A stretch of 64,000 bases of DNA from PVC group bacterium (GCA_024231215.1 JAAEQR010000072.1:449210-513209); one strand, 5' to 3'; shown: positions 1-9,971, counted from the stretch's first letter. Translations and numbers: made by a program. The notes: generated from the sequence alone by a model not told the origin.

Positions 1-5
1 CATTA

Positions 6-857
6 TTGAAAAAACATAGAGACAAAGGGTTGGTGTTTTTCAATCAAATTCAGCCTTGGAAAAAACAAAATGACGAATACTGTGGAGAAGGCTTGGAGTC
101 ACAGCCATATTTAGTGAATCTGATTAAGGATGGACTTGCCGGGGATGTGTTTTTTTACTATTTACCGCATGATCACGAACTTATGCAAGGTTTTACCGAA
201 ACAACGGGATATCCGTTACACACGGTGTTATTAGCGGCAAATAAAAAATTATTTTTTTATGAATATGATCAAAAGTATCAGGCAGATATTTCCTATGTCG
301 GAAGTTTGTTAAAAAATAAAAAGGTTTTTATTAAAGATCATCTCTTTCCTCTGATGAAAAAATATAAAGTAAAAGTATACGGCAGTGATTGGAACCTGGT
401 AAATAAATTGCAGGGATATATGCAAAAAGTCGGCCAATATTTTAATATTGAGCCATTAAAACATGTACGTAAAATAGATTTGCCGATTGAAGATGAAAGA
501 AAGGTTTATTCTTCTTCGCTGATTTCTTTAAATATTCATCTTGATGGGCAAAGAAAATTTGGCAGTGACTTTAATGAAAGAACATTTAAAATTATAGCCA
601 GCGGCGGGTTTGAGATATGTGATAATGTTGCTGTTTTGCGCAAGTATTTTAATGATCAGGAATTAGTAGTAGCAAATAATACCAAGGACTGGTTTGAAAA
701 AATAGATTTTTTTATAAAAAATCCTGATAAAAGAATTCCAATTATTGAAGCCGGGAAAAAGAAAATCTTGGCGGAGCATACTTATGAACATAGGGTGGCT
801 CAACTGATAGATATTTATAATACGATAAAACATGGAAATAAACCAACGTCAAATTGA
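6..857 (+). CDS. glycosyltransferase, CgeB-like group-1 C-terminal domain; reading frame is open to the window start, so probably 5'-truncated
   Basis: ORF has no in-frame stop back to base 3. C-terminal segment ...PIIEAGKKKILAEHTYEHRVAQLIDI matches the HTYxHR signature of CgeB/DUF3880-type glycosyltransferase C-terminal domains. Confidence 0.5.
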   Translation: MKKHRDKGLVFFNQIQPWKKQNDEYCGEGLESQPYLVNLIKDGLAGDVFFYYLPHDHELMQGFTETTGYPLHTVLLAANKKLFFYEYDQKYQADISYVGSLLKNKKVFIKDHLFPLMKKYKVKVYGSDWNLVNKLQGYMQKVGQYFNIEPLKHVRKIDLPIEDERKVYSSSLISLNIHLDGQRKFGSDFNERTFKIIASGGFEICDNVAVLRKYFNDQELVVANNTKDWFEKIDFFIKNPDKRIPIIEAGKKKILAEHTYEHRVAQLIDIYNTIKHGNKPTSN

Positions 858-2398
858 TAAATAATATGAAAAACAAAATTGTTCTTTTTTCTTCAGATTT
901 GCAATATGCCGGGGTGCCGATGGCATTATTAGCGGTTACGAAGCTGCTGGATAAAAAAGAAAATGATATTAAAATTATAACAAGCGCTGAATATCCCAAG
1001 TATAAGGAGGAGATTCTAGCTCAATGTGAAGGTGCTTTGTGTTTTGGGATAAGCTGTATAAGTGGTACTCCGATAAAATCAGCGATAGAAGTTTCCAAGA
1101 TGGTTAAGGAAAAATATCCATCATTGCCGATTATCTGGGGGGGATGGCAGGCGATTACCTTGCCGGATGTTACATTACAGGAGCCCTATGTTGATTATCT
1201 CTGTACTGGGCAGGGGGAGCGTACATTTTCTGAGTTTATTCGTATGCTGCGGGAAAATGATTTTGGTTCAATTGATAAGATAGACGGATTAAGTTATAAG
1301 AATAATGGGGTTATTACACACAATAACAGAAGAGTTCCTGAGGACTTGAATTCTTTTCCCGATTTTGATTTAGATCTGATCGAATGGGATAAATATCTGG
1401 AAGTTACAGATTTTGGAAATAATGTTTTGAGAATTGTAACAAGTTATGGGTGTCCTTATCGCTGCGGTTTCTGCTGTGAGCCTAACAATTCTAAACGACA
1501 ATGGAAATCTCTAACGGCAGAACGAATAATTTCTCTTCTGAAAAAAATCAGGTCTAAAGTTGATTTTGACGGCTTGATGATCGTGGAAAATAATTTTTTT
1601 GTCAGAGAACAGAGAGTTATAGATTTTTGCAATGGATTGATCGAGAATGGGTTTAATATAAAACTTGGGCAGGTCAACGGTAGGACAAATAAACTGGTTA
1701 CCTATAAAGAAAGTACCTGGGGATTACTCAAACAGGCAGGATTACATGATATTCTAATTGGGGCTGAGTCAGCGAATGAGGAGACATTACGGCTCATTAA
1801 TAAAGATGCAACGGTTGAGCAAACATATTTATTAAGTCGGATTTGCCGAAAATACGAGATAAAATTAATTGCCTCTATTATTGTCGGGCTTCCAATCCCG
1901 GCTTATTTTAGTGAGAATTCTCAAGATGCGTTTGATGTTGAATTTAGGGAGATAACTAAATTATACAAAGACCTCTTTCTCTTGGACAGAAATAATCGTT
2001 TGATTATATTTATTTATGCTCCTTTGCCGTTTTCTCCGATGTATGAGAGAGCTATTGAATTAGGTTTTCGTCCCCCGAAAAATCTTGAAGAATGGGGAAA
2101 TTATGATTTAACAGAGACACATATAGGTTGGATTTCTAAAAAGAATATTGTTAAAGTTCAAGCCTTAGTTTATGTTTCTTCGATGTTAGCTATAGATTTT
2201 AAGTATTTAGTGCAAAAGCTACCTATTATCTTGAGAGTATTTGTTATCCCGATGTTGGGCATTGCAAATTGGGTAAGTAAATTGCGTTTGCGATACGATT
2301 GTTATTCATTTCCGTTAGACAGCTATATGTTTTATGCGGCTTTGAAATTATTTAAGAGGTTAAATAAGACATATAAATTTATCAATATAACTAACTAA
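854..2398 (+). CDS. B12-binding domain / radical SAM protein (class B radical SAM family)
   Basis: N-terminal Rossmann-like B12-binding region (KIVLFSSDLQYAGVPMALLAVTKLL). Radical SAM cysteine triad CPYRCGFC (CxxxCxxC) at YGCPYRCGFCCEP. ATGA start/stop overlap with upstream gene. Confidence 0.75.
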   Translation: MINNMKNKIVLFSSDLQYAGVPMALLAVTKLLDKKENDIKIITSAEYPKYKEEILAQCEGALCFGISCISGTPIKSAIEVSKMVKEKYPSLPIIWGGWQAITLPDVTLQEPYVDYLCTGQGERTFSEFIRMLRENDFGSIDKIDGLSYKNNGVITHNNRRVPEDLNSFPDFDLDLIEWDKYLEVTDFGNNVLRIVTSYGCPYRCGFCCEPNNSKRQWKSLTAERIISLLKKIRSKVDFDGLMIVENNFFVREQRVIDFCNGLIENGFNIKLGQVNGRTNKLVTYKESTWGLLKQAGLHDILIGAESANEETLRLINKDATVEQTYLLSRICRKYEIKLIASIIVGLPIPAYFSENSQDAFDVEFREITKLYKDLFLLDRNNRLIIFIYAPLPFSPMYERAIELGFRPPKNLEEWGNYDLTETHIGWISKKNIVKVQALVYVSSMLAIDFKYLVQKLPIILRVFVIPMLGIANWVSKLRLRYDCYSFPLDSYMFYAALKLFKRLNKTYKFINITN

Positions 2399-2435
2399 TA
2401 TCTTTAGAAGCTAGAGTTATTTTAACAGTTATGCT

Positions 2436-5003
2436 GTGCGAAAAAAGGAGGGAATATTGTTTGCATTACAGAAAATTAAAAAAATAGATTTTATCCTGAT
2501 TGTTATTATTGTTTCAATGATCGTTATTGCTTATGGCAAAGTCATGGAAGCATCATTTCAGCAGGATGAATGGTATAGTCTGGCTAACTATCAGGTTACA
2601 AAAGATTTTTCTATAATGGAGACTATTCGGTACTTTACGCAAGGAGGGAATGTGTTCCCGCGGCCGCTAAGTTCATCTTTAAGCTTGATAAACTTTCGTT
2701 TATTTGGAATAAATTATGCTTTGTACTATGTTTGTTCTATTTTGACTCATATAGCTGTGAGCTTGTCTTTATATTATATTATTTTTGCTATGACCAAAAA
2801 GCGGGAACTTGCTTTCTTGACTGGGGTATTTTTTGCTATAAGTAGTACCGGTGCCCAGGCGATTACCTGGATAAGTGCCTATTTTGGGTCTGCTCAGTCT
2901 ACGTTTTTTGCTCTTTGGAGCCTGTTTTTTTACTTTAAATATCTTATTGGGGGGCAGGATAATAAGAAGCTGCAATATGCGGCAGTGGGATTGTTTTTAA
3001 TCGCAATATTATTTAAAGAGACTGTGGCTAATTTAATATTAATTTTCCCTTTCATGCACTTAATTCTTGCTAAGAAACGTGGATTGTTTGTTTTTTTAAA
3101 AGAACAGATTCCTTTATTAGTAACAATAGTTGGGTTTTTTCTGATTTTCTTTTCTCCTAGTTTTTTTAAAACTGCGGATAGTTCTATGGTGAGCCAAGCA
3201 GCTTCGGGGAGTAGTAATATAGCGGTATTATTATATCGTTCTGTTACTATTCCTTTTTCTGTTCTTGTTGATGTATATTTCCCTCCAGTATTCTTGTATA
3301 AGTGGAGTGCAATAATTACCCAGCTGGATCACCCATTTTTTTATTCTCAAAAAGGCACAAGTGTATATGATATTTTTATTGGATCAGCGGGGGCTAATCT
3401 AGTAACTTGCTATTTGCTATTAGGAATTTTATCATGTGTAGCGGGAGTATTGTCATATCTTAAAAAACACGATCAAAAGCTTTTTAATATTTTTTTAATT
3501 TTCTTTGGTTTTGTATTGACTGGCGGATTACCGCTTATTTTTGCGTATAGTGCTTCCTTTGCGGTTTTGGAATCAAGATATCTTTATTTGCCAGCAATTG
3601 GAGGAATGTTTATGCTGGCAGTAGCTGTAGATATTATGGGAAAGATGATTGGGAATTTATTTTCTGAAGATTGGAAGGAAACAGTCTATTATTGTTTGAT
3701 TGGTTTGCTTGCAATTGGTTTTTGTATTTTTAATATTCCAAAGATACGAGAGCCGATAAAAGAACTTGTGAGGATTTCTAAGGTGCGTAACTCTATTGTC
3801 GAAGGAATCGGTTCTAACTTGTCTCCTAAATCAAAAAGATTTTTTATTTATACTAAAAGCAATAGATCTTATTATGGGAAGGCTGAAACAATATTGCCAT
3901 TTCAGTGCGGAGCAGGGTATCTTTTGATGACAAGACATAGTATGAATAATGAAATGTTTATTCCGTTGTTGAAAGATAATCATTTATGGGATCTTACTAG
4001 TCAGGGAGTAGCTGAAGCTGACGGGATAGTTTTCGGATACTTCAGAGAATATCCTCTTTTTAAAAAAGCTATTTCAGAATATGAGGTAAAGGCTGAGGAA
4101 TTATATGCTTTTACTTGGGATGGGTATGCTGGGGAATTCGAAGATATTACTATCAGTGAGAGGCAACAGTTACAGGAAATCAAATACTATATAAATAAAG
4201 ATTTTGATAAAGATAGTTTGAAAATTGGTGTTCCAGATGGGAAGACTCGTCGTTTTTATTATGAAGGATTCATGTCTTCCCCGGTTGCAAAAATTGTTAA
4301 TCTTAAAAATGATAAAGAGTGGTTTTTTTGTGATTTTGCTAAAGGTGATGCTCGCAGACCTGAACCGAATACACAGGATTACTATTTAACCTATAAATAT
4401 GGGCTGGAAGATACTTATGGCGGAGCTTTAGTGGTCTATCATCTCTCAGGCAATGGGACAAATATTTATAGTATTCCCGGGGTAGTCTATGGTAAGCAGG
4501 TAGCTGGGTTGCATTATGCTCGAGCTTCGACTGGGGCTGTCCCGAAAAAGATTAGAAGAAAAAATGATGGAAGTATAGATATTGAGTTTGAAGCAACTTA
4601 TAATTCGGGGCAAGGGGTGCAGTTTGGAGCTTTACTTAATGAACCCGTTTTGTATTATATTCCCGGCAAAGGGGTCGAGGATATAGTTAAGGGGATGTAT
4701 GCAAAAGTTGAAGCTGACGGGAAGAAGAAGGCTTACGAGATAAGTTTGCCTGGGCAGCTGAAAACCTTGCGGTCATATTGGGAAAGTGATATATTAAGGT
4801 ATCAACCAAAGGCATTTATAGCCGGGAAAATGATACAAATTGTTAAATGGAGCGGATTAGAGACAAATACTTTGCGAATTGAATTTGCCCAGCCACCGGC
4901 AAAGGGAGCAGAAATTTTGGTTCCTTTGCTGGTTACTTATGCTCCTAAGCAAGAAGATGATAATATACTTATAATGAATTTTGCTGCTTGTGTTGCAAAA
5001 TAA
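2436..5003 (+). CDS. large polytopic membrane protein, putative GT-C-fold glycosyltransferase, with a C-terminal ~245-aa conserved soluble domain paralogous to the next gene
   Basis: About 11 predicted hydrophobic helices in the N-terminal 430 aa. D44-E45 (QQDEWYS, nt 2565-2570) immediately after TM1, as in the catalytic first loop of GT-C enzymes (ArnT/PMT-like). C-terminal domain (aa 598-845) is ~70% identical to aa 626-870 of the following ORF. Confidence 0.55.
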   Translation: MRKKEGILFALQKIKKIDFILIVIIVSMIVIAYGKVMEASFQQDEWYSLANYQVTKDFSIMETIRYFTQGGNVFPRPLSSSLSLINFRLFGINYALYYVCSILTHIAVSLSLYYIIFAMTKKRELAFLTGVFFAISSTGAQAITWISAYFGSAQSTFFALWSLFFYFKYLIGGQDNKKLQYAAVGLFLIAILFKETVANLILIFPFMHLILAKKRGLFVFLKEQIPLLVTIVGFFLIFFSPSFFKTADSSMVSQAASGSSNIAVLLYRSVTIPFSVLVDVYFPPVFLYKWSAIITQLDHPFFYSQKGTSVYDIFIGSAGANLVTCYLLLGILSCVAGVLSYLKKHDQKLFNIFLIFFGFVLTGGLPLIFAYSASFAVLESRYLYLPAIGGMFMLAVAVDIMGKMIGNLFSEDWKETVYYCLIGLLAIGFCIFNIPKIREPIKELVRISKVRNSIVEGIGSNLSPKSKRFFIYTKSNRSYYGKAETILPFQCGAGYLLMTRHSMNNEMFIPLLKDNHLWDLTSQGVAEADGIVFGYFREYPLFKKAISEYEVKAEELYAFTWDGYAGEFEDITISERQQLQEIKYYINKDFDKDSLKIGVPDGKTRRFYYEGFMSSPVAKIVNLKNDKEWFFCDFAKGDARRPEPNTQDYYLTYKYGLEDTYGGALVVYHLSGNGTNIYSIPGVVYGKQVAGLHYARASTGAVPKKIRRKNDGSIDIEFEATYNSGQGVQFGALLNEPVLYYIPGKGVEDIVKGMYAKVEADGKKKAYEISLPGQLKTLRSYWESDILRYQPKAFIAGKMIQIVKWSGLETNTLRIEFAQPPAKGAEILVPLLVTYAPKQEDDNILIMNFAACVAK
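4227..4965. repeat. copy A of a ~740-bp intergenic-distance duplication encoding a conserved soluble domain (paralogous to 6893-7628)
   Basis: Translated segments align colinearly: GVPDGKTRRFYYEGFMSSPVAK...QDYYLTYKYGLEDTYGG...HLSGNGTNIYS...LLNEPVLYYIPGKGV...LRSYW..DILRYQPKAFI...VTYAPKQED versus GIPDGESREFIKQGIMSCPVAK...QDYYLIYKYGFEDTYGG...VTYAPRQED. Confidence 0.8.
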
Positions 5004-5017
5004 AATACAAGGCTTAA

Positions 5018-8000
5018 ATGCGCAACGTAAAAAACTTTTTATATAGTACAATTATAATTTTAGTAGGAATTATTGCATGGCATAGGGTTCTGGATTTTGT
5101 TTTTTTTAAAGCTTATGAACCTGGCTGGCTGATGGCTCGTTACAATCCAAATTTGAGCTTTGACCAATTGCTGCTTAGCCTAATGCGGGCACATGCTTTT
5201 ATCTATTTTTTGTGTTATAAGGTTTTTGGATGGAATCCCATGGGGTGGTATGGGGTAAGTTTAGTTCTACATTTGTTAGCAGCATTGTTGATAGCGTATC
5301 TTACAGGATTTATTACTAAAAGTGAAAAGACCGGGTTTATTGCCGGTCTTTTTTTTGTTGCTAATGTTGCTTATAATGATGTGCTTACCTGGGGCAGTTT
5401 CAATGCATATTATGCTTTTATCATGTGTGCTTTTATTGCTGCTATTTTATTTTTTGGTTATTATCGTAAAACCAGCAATAGAGATTATTATTTGCTTTCT
5501 GTGGTGATGTTTTTTTTAGCCTTGGTTACCCGTGAAACAGCTTTACTTATTCCTATTTTTATTTTTCTTTTTGATATAATTATAATCCACCATTTGAAAG
5601 TGAAAGAGTTCTTTTTTCAGAATAAACGAAAACTGCTTGTATATATTCCATATTTTGTTTTGGCAGTTGCCTATCTTATATTTAGGGCCAAATTTATTTG
5701 CGGACTAAGTGGCGATAGTATGGATGGGCAGGTAAAGCTGGGGATGAAGCTAGTAGCGGAAAAGCAGTATATTTTATTCTTTAGCAGAGTTATGCTGGCT
5801 TTTGGACGTAATTTTGCGGCGCATATTGTGCCGTATGTGTTATTAAATAAATTACCCGCAATATTATATTCTTTGCTGGGTTGGGTGTTTTGGGGAAGTA
5901 TTGGACTTGTTGTCATTGCTGTTCGGAAAAATAAACAGCTTTTTACAGTTTTGTTCTTTGCTTTATTATGGATGAGCATTCAGACTCTTTTTATTTCACT
6001 GGCTATGCCGGCAACAGAGGAAATACTGGCGAGAAAGTATCTTTGGAATACCAGAAGATACAGTTATTATCCATTTTTTGGAGTGGTTTTATTTGGCAGT
6101 GTAATTATTGATCACATTGTTAATGTTATAGCAACAAAAAAGAAAATGTTTCACGGGCGATCGAATGTTCTTTTATGGACTATTGTCTGGGTGATTGTAG
6201 CGGGAAATATTTTAATGATCTGGAACGTTGAAGCTTTTGTGGCTAAGACTGTTTATGATCCGTCTAAAAAGTTTTTTAATGACCTTAAATCTTTTTATCC
6301 TATGCTTCCTGAAGGACTTGCTATTTACCAATATCCTAATGCTTCCGGGTTGTCAGATTTATTCTATGAATGGAATTGGACCAAGGAATTAAAGCATCCT
6401 AATCTTAAGGGGCAGCCTTTTCGCAGTGAAACGCAAATGGCCAGAATGTTTGAAAAAATAGAAAAAAAACAATTTTCTTTTGATGAAATATACTTTTTTG
6501 ATTATAACGATAAGGATGGATTAAGGGATTTTACAAAAGAAGCAAAACATTGGATTGAAAACTATCAAGAAGTAGAGATTTCTCTAAGTCGGGAGATTGA
6601 TTCCTATTTTGTGCTGCCAAAGAAGCGAGGAGCGATTAATATTATTCCGGAAGTAATAATTTCATTAAAAGATGAAAAGATAGCTCCTGTTGAATTTCCG
6701 TATTTTCTAGAAATAAAAATGAAAGCGACAATGATAAATGATCTAAAATTTCCTTTTTGCGTATCAGGAGACCGATTGTTACTGGAATCTGATATTTTGA
6801 AAAATGTTAATATATCTCGTGAAAATCGAGGCGCTATTAAACAATTACCATTGCATATAGGTCAGAGTGTACTGCCGAGTAGCTTACGGCTTGGCATTCC
6901 GGATGGGGAGTCCAGAGAGTTTATAAAACAGGGGATTATGAGTTGTCCGGTAGCAAAAGTAATGAATCAAAAGGATAACAGAGAATGGTTTTTTTGTGAT
7001 TTTGTTAAAGGGCAAGAGCGGATAGCTGAGCCCGGAACACAAGATTACTATTTAATATATAAATATGGGTTTGAAGATACTTATGGAGGGGCAGGGTTAG
7101 TATATCATTTATCCGGAAATGGCACTAATATATATAGTGTGCCCGGGACTATTTATGGTCACGAGGTAGCTGGTTTACAATATGCCAGAGCAGCAAACGG
7201 TGATTTGCCGAGGAAGATTACCCGTAAAGATGATGGGCAGATAGATATTGAATTTGCTTCTGTGTATAATGCGGGGCAGGGATTACAGTTTGGAGTTTTG
7301 TTGAATGAGCCGGTATTGTATTATATCCCTGGCAAAGGGGTGCAGGATATTGCCAAGGGCAAGTATGCAGAAATTAAAGCAGACGGTATAAGAAAAAGAT
7401 ATGAAATTGGTTTAAGCGGAGAGCTAAAAGCCTTGCGGTCATATTGGGGAAATGATATATTGAGGTATCAACCTAAGGCTTTTATCGATGGTAAGATGAC
7501 ACAAATTGTTAAATGGTGCGGATTAGGTACTAATACTCTTACAGTTGAATTTGCGCAACCGCCGCGCAGGGGAGCTAATATATTGATCCCTATGCTTGTA
7601 ACATATGCTCCGAGGCAAGAAGATAATATAATTATTACTTCTGAAGACAAACTGAAAAATAAATTGCATAAGAGTGAGATTGTAAATCCTGAAGTATTAC
7701 GTTCACTTACTATCTATGCTAAAGATAGAAAGGAATTTCTCGATAAAGCTGTTGTTTCTGTGAGCGGGACTCATGAACAATGGCCGGGTGAGCCGTTTTT
7801 GCATTTTTTACCGGACAATCTCATGGATGGGGATTTTGGAGATCGTTCTCAATGGATTTCAGAATCTAAGCCTTCCTGGATTGTTATAGATCAGGGGGAA
7901 TCAAAAAACGTCGGAGCTCTAATCTGGAAGGCAAAAGCTGGTTCGGGGAGAGTGCCCAGTACATATTCGTATTACAGTTCCAATGATGGTAAAGAATGGC

Positions 8001-8554
8001 GCTTTATTAAGAAGGAGAAAGGGAATAATCAAACAGAAAAGATTGATATTTTTCATCCTGCGATAAATGGGCGATATTTTAAAATGGAGATTGAAACAAC
8101 GTCAATGGGTGATTATGCAATGTTGCAGGAGCTTGAGCTTGTAGGAGAAGAAGCGAGTAAAATTTTCACCTACTACCAAATCAGGCAGGAACTTATACAT
8201 GATAGTAAACATTTCACTTCATATATAGGATCAAAAGATGAAATGGGAAACATGCTTTCTCTTGGACTCGATGGGGGATGGGCAAAGCTTTCCTGGCGGA
8301 CAAGAAGTGGTTGGGAAGAAGATTGTTTTATTGAGTTTCCTTATTATGTTGATGGCAAGTACCATGTTTATAGGTTAGATATTAAAGAAGGAGATGTCTA
8401 TGGTCGTCAGGGCGAGTTTTTGAAAAGAAAATTACATGAGCTGCGTCTTGATCTAGGGGAATTTCCGGCAAAATATGAGATAGAGTCGATTAAATTAATT
8501 CCAAAATATAATTTAAGGAGTAATAATGAAAATTCGAATTCCACAGTACGATAA
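5018..8554 (+). CDS. very large membrane protein (1178 aa): N-terminal polytopic domain (GT-C-like), central paralogous domain, C-terminal F5/8 type C (discoidin / CBM32-like) domain
   Basis: Multiple TM helices in the first ~400 aa. Central domain paralogous to the previous ORF. C-terminal region ...FLPDNLMDGDFGDRSQWISESKPSWIVIDQG...INGRYFKMEIETTS resembles the discoidin/F5-8 type C pattern (D-G-[DN]..T.W ... GRY.K). Confidence 0.55.
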   Translation: MRNVKNFLYSTIIILVGIIAWHRVLDFVFFKAYEPGWLMARYNPNLSFDQLLLSLMRAHAFIYFLCYKVFGWNPMGWYGVSLVLHLLAALLIAYLTGFITKSEKTGFIAGLFFVANVAYNDVLTWGSFNAYYAFIMCAFIAAILFFGYYRKTSNRDYYLLSVVMFFLALVTRETALLIPIFIFLFDIIIIHHLKVKEFFFQNKRKLLVYIPYFVLAVAYLIFRAKFICGLSGDSMDGQVKLGMKLVAEKQYILFFSRVMLAFGRNFAAHIVPYVLLNKLPAILYSLLGWVFWGSIGLVVIAVRKNKQLFTVLFFALLWMSIQTLFISLAMPATEEILARKYLWNTRRYSYYPFFGVVLFGSVIIDHIVNVIATKKKMFHGRSNVLLWTIVWVIVAGNILMIWNVEAFVAKTVYDPSKKFFNDLKSFYPMLPEGLAIYQYPNASGLSDLFYEWNWTKELKHPNLKGQPFRSETQMARMFEKIEKKQFSFDEIYFFDYNDKDGLRDFTKEAKHWIENYQEVEISLSREIDSYFVLPKKRGAINIIPEVIISLKDEKIAPVEFPYFLEIKMKATMINDLKFPFCVSGDRLLLESDILKNVNISRENRGAIKQLPLHIGQSVLPSSLRLGIPDGESREFIKQGIMSCPVAKVMNQKDNREWFFCDFVKGQERIAEPGTQDYYLIYKYGFEDTYGGAGLVYHLSGNGTNIYSVPGTIYGHEVAGLQYARAANGDLPRKITRKDDGQIDIEFASVYNAGQGLQFGVLLNEPVLYYIPGKGVQDIAKGKYAEIKADGIRKRYEIGLSGELKALRSYWGNDILRYQPKAFIDGKMTQIVKWCGLGTNTLTVEFAQPPRRGANILIPMLVTYAPRQEDNIIITSEDKLKNKLHKSEIVNPEVLRSLTIYAKDRKEFLDKAVVSVSGTHEQWPGEPFLHFLPDNLMDGDFGDRSQWISESKPSWIVIDQGESKNVGALIWKAKAGSGRVPSTYSYYSSNDGKEWRFIKKEKGNNQTEKIDIFHPAINGRYFKMEIETTSMGDYAMLQELELVGEEASKIFTYYQIRQELIHDSKHFTSYIGSKDEMGNMLSLGLDGGWAKLSWRTRSGWEEDCFIEFPYYVDGKYHVYRLDIKEGDVYGRQGEFLKRKLHELRLDLGEFPAKYEIESIKLIPKYNLRSNNENSNSTVR
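6893..7628. repeat. copy B of the duplicated ~740-bp domain-coding segment (paralogous to 4227-4965)
   Basis: See copy A; about 70% amino-acid identity over ~245 residues, same order and spacing of conserved blocks. Confidence 0.8.
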
Positions 8555-9185
8555 TATTAGAAAACTTAATTATAAATATCTCGATAGCACAGTAAAGCAA
8601 TATTATAAGCCGCTTGTGAGAGGGCCGATGATTAAGCGGTTGCAACTGGCACTTATGCTTATAGGTGATGAAAAAAAGAAACGGTTACTTGATGTGGGGT
8701 TTGGGGGCGGTACATTTTTCCCGGAATTGAGTACTCGTTGTGAAGAACTTTTTGGTATAGATGTTCATCCTGAGATTGAAACAGTTAAAAAGATGTTGGA
8801 AAAAGAAGATATAAAGGCGGATATTTCTAATGGAAGTATTTTGAATATAGCTCACCCCGATGGTTTTTTTGATTGTGTTGTTTGTATGAGTGTTTTAGAG
8901 CATTTAGAAGGAGAAACATTAAAAAATGCTGTTCGGGAGATGTCGAGGGTTCTAGCTGTGAATGGAAAATGTATAATTGGAGTTCCGGTTAAAAATAAGA
9001 TTTCAGATGCTATAATAGACAAAATACTTAAATTTAAGCCGGATGAAATTCATCCTACAAGCCATTCGATGGCTTTAGATGCTTTAACTGAGTGTTTTGA
9101 TCTAAAGGAAGAGGTTCATTATCCTTTTTTTATGCCTCTTGATTGGTCGCTGTATACGGTTTTTTCATTTATTAAAAAACGCTAA
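8526..9185 (+). CDS. class I SAM-dependent methyltransferase
   Basis: Motif I LLDVGFGGGTFFPEL (hh[DE]hGxGxG). Post-I acidic residue FGIDV. Motif II/III region DCVVCMSVLEHL. Start overlaps the end of the upstream giant ORF, so the true start may be further downstream. Confidence 0.65.
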   Translation: MKIRIPQYDNIRKLNYKYLDSTVKQYYKPLVRGPMIKRLQLALMLIGDEKKKRLLDVGFGGGTFFPELSTRCEELFGIDVHPEIETVKKMLEKEDIKADISNGSILNIAHPDGFFDCVVCMSVLEHLEGETLKNAVREMSRVLAVNGKCIIGVPVKNKISDAIIDKILKFKPDEIHPTSHSMALDALTECFDLKEEVHYPFFMPLDWSLYTVFSFIKKR

Positions 9186-9238
9186 ATTAAGATCAAAGTA
9201 TTATAAGGAAATACTAGATTGTAAAAGAGGAGATAGTT

Positions 9239-9910
9239 ATGGGTGTAAGTATTATTATTCCAGCTAAAAATGAAGGTGAAGGAATTACTAGAATTTTAGA
9301 ATCTATAAAAGGTTATGCGAATGAAATTATAGTAGTTGATGGACATTCTCAGGATGGGACAAAAGAGAAAGTTGAAAAGTTTGGGGCAAAGTTTATTCTG
9401 GATAACAAAAAAGGCCGGGGTGATGCTGTTCGGGTAGCAATTAAAGCTGCCTCAGAGGATATAATTTTATTTTTCGATGCAGATGGATCTCACGATGATA
9501 AGGATGTTCTTAGTGTGTTAAAGCCATTGCAAGAAGGTAAAGCTGATATGGTAACCTGTTCTCGCCGTAAGGGTGGAAGTTTGGATATTAAAATGGATTT
9601 TCCCGGATTTATTCGGATGGTGGGTTGCGATATGCTTGCGATGCTTATTAATCTTCGTTGGAAATCAGATCTTTCGGATGTTCTGTATAGTTTTCGGGCT
9701 ATAAAGCGAGAGGTTATTCTAGATTTGAATTTAAAAGCTGACAAATTCTATATTGAGCAGGAAATGATTGTTAAAGCCCTCAAAAAGAAATATAAAATTA
9801 TTGAAATACCTAGCCGTGAGTTTGCTCGGGGGTGGGGGAACTCGAAATTATCTACATTTGAAGGGATTGAATTTTTCTTGCATTTTATTCGGGAAGCTTT
9901 ATTACCGTAA
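9239..9910 (+). CDS. family-2 glycosyltransferase, polyprenyl-phosphate sugar synthase type (DPM1/ArnC/GtrB-like)
   Basis: VSIIIPAKNEGEGI ... IIVVDGHSQDGT ... ILFFDADGSHD (DxD) is the classic small GT2 architecture of dolichyl/undecaprenyl-phosphate sugar transferases. AGGAG-type RBS upstream. Confidence 0.75.
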   Translation: MGVSIIIPAKNEGEGITRILESIKGYANEIIVVDGHSQDGTKEKVEKFGAKFILDNKKGRGDAVRVAIKAASEDIILFFDADGSHDDKDVLSVLKPLQEGKADMVTCSRRKGGSLDIKMDFPGFIRMVGCDMLAMLINLRWKSDLSDVLYSFRAIKREVILDLNLKADKFYIEQEMIVKALKKKYKIIEIPSREFARGWGNSKLSTFEGIEFFLHFIREALLP

Positions 9911-9971
9911 AAACAAGGTGGACTTTTTAAGATAAATAACTCATTCTTTGAATTTAATATAGGAGATTGTA

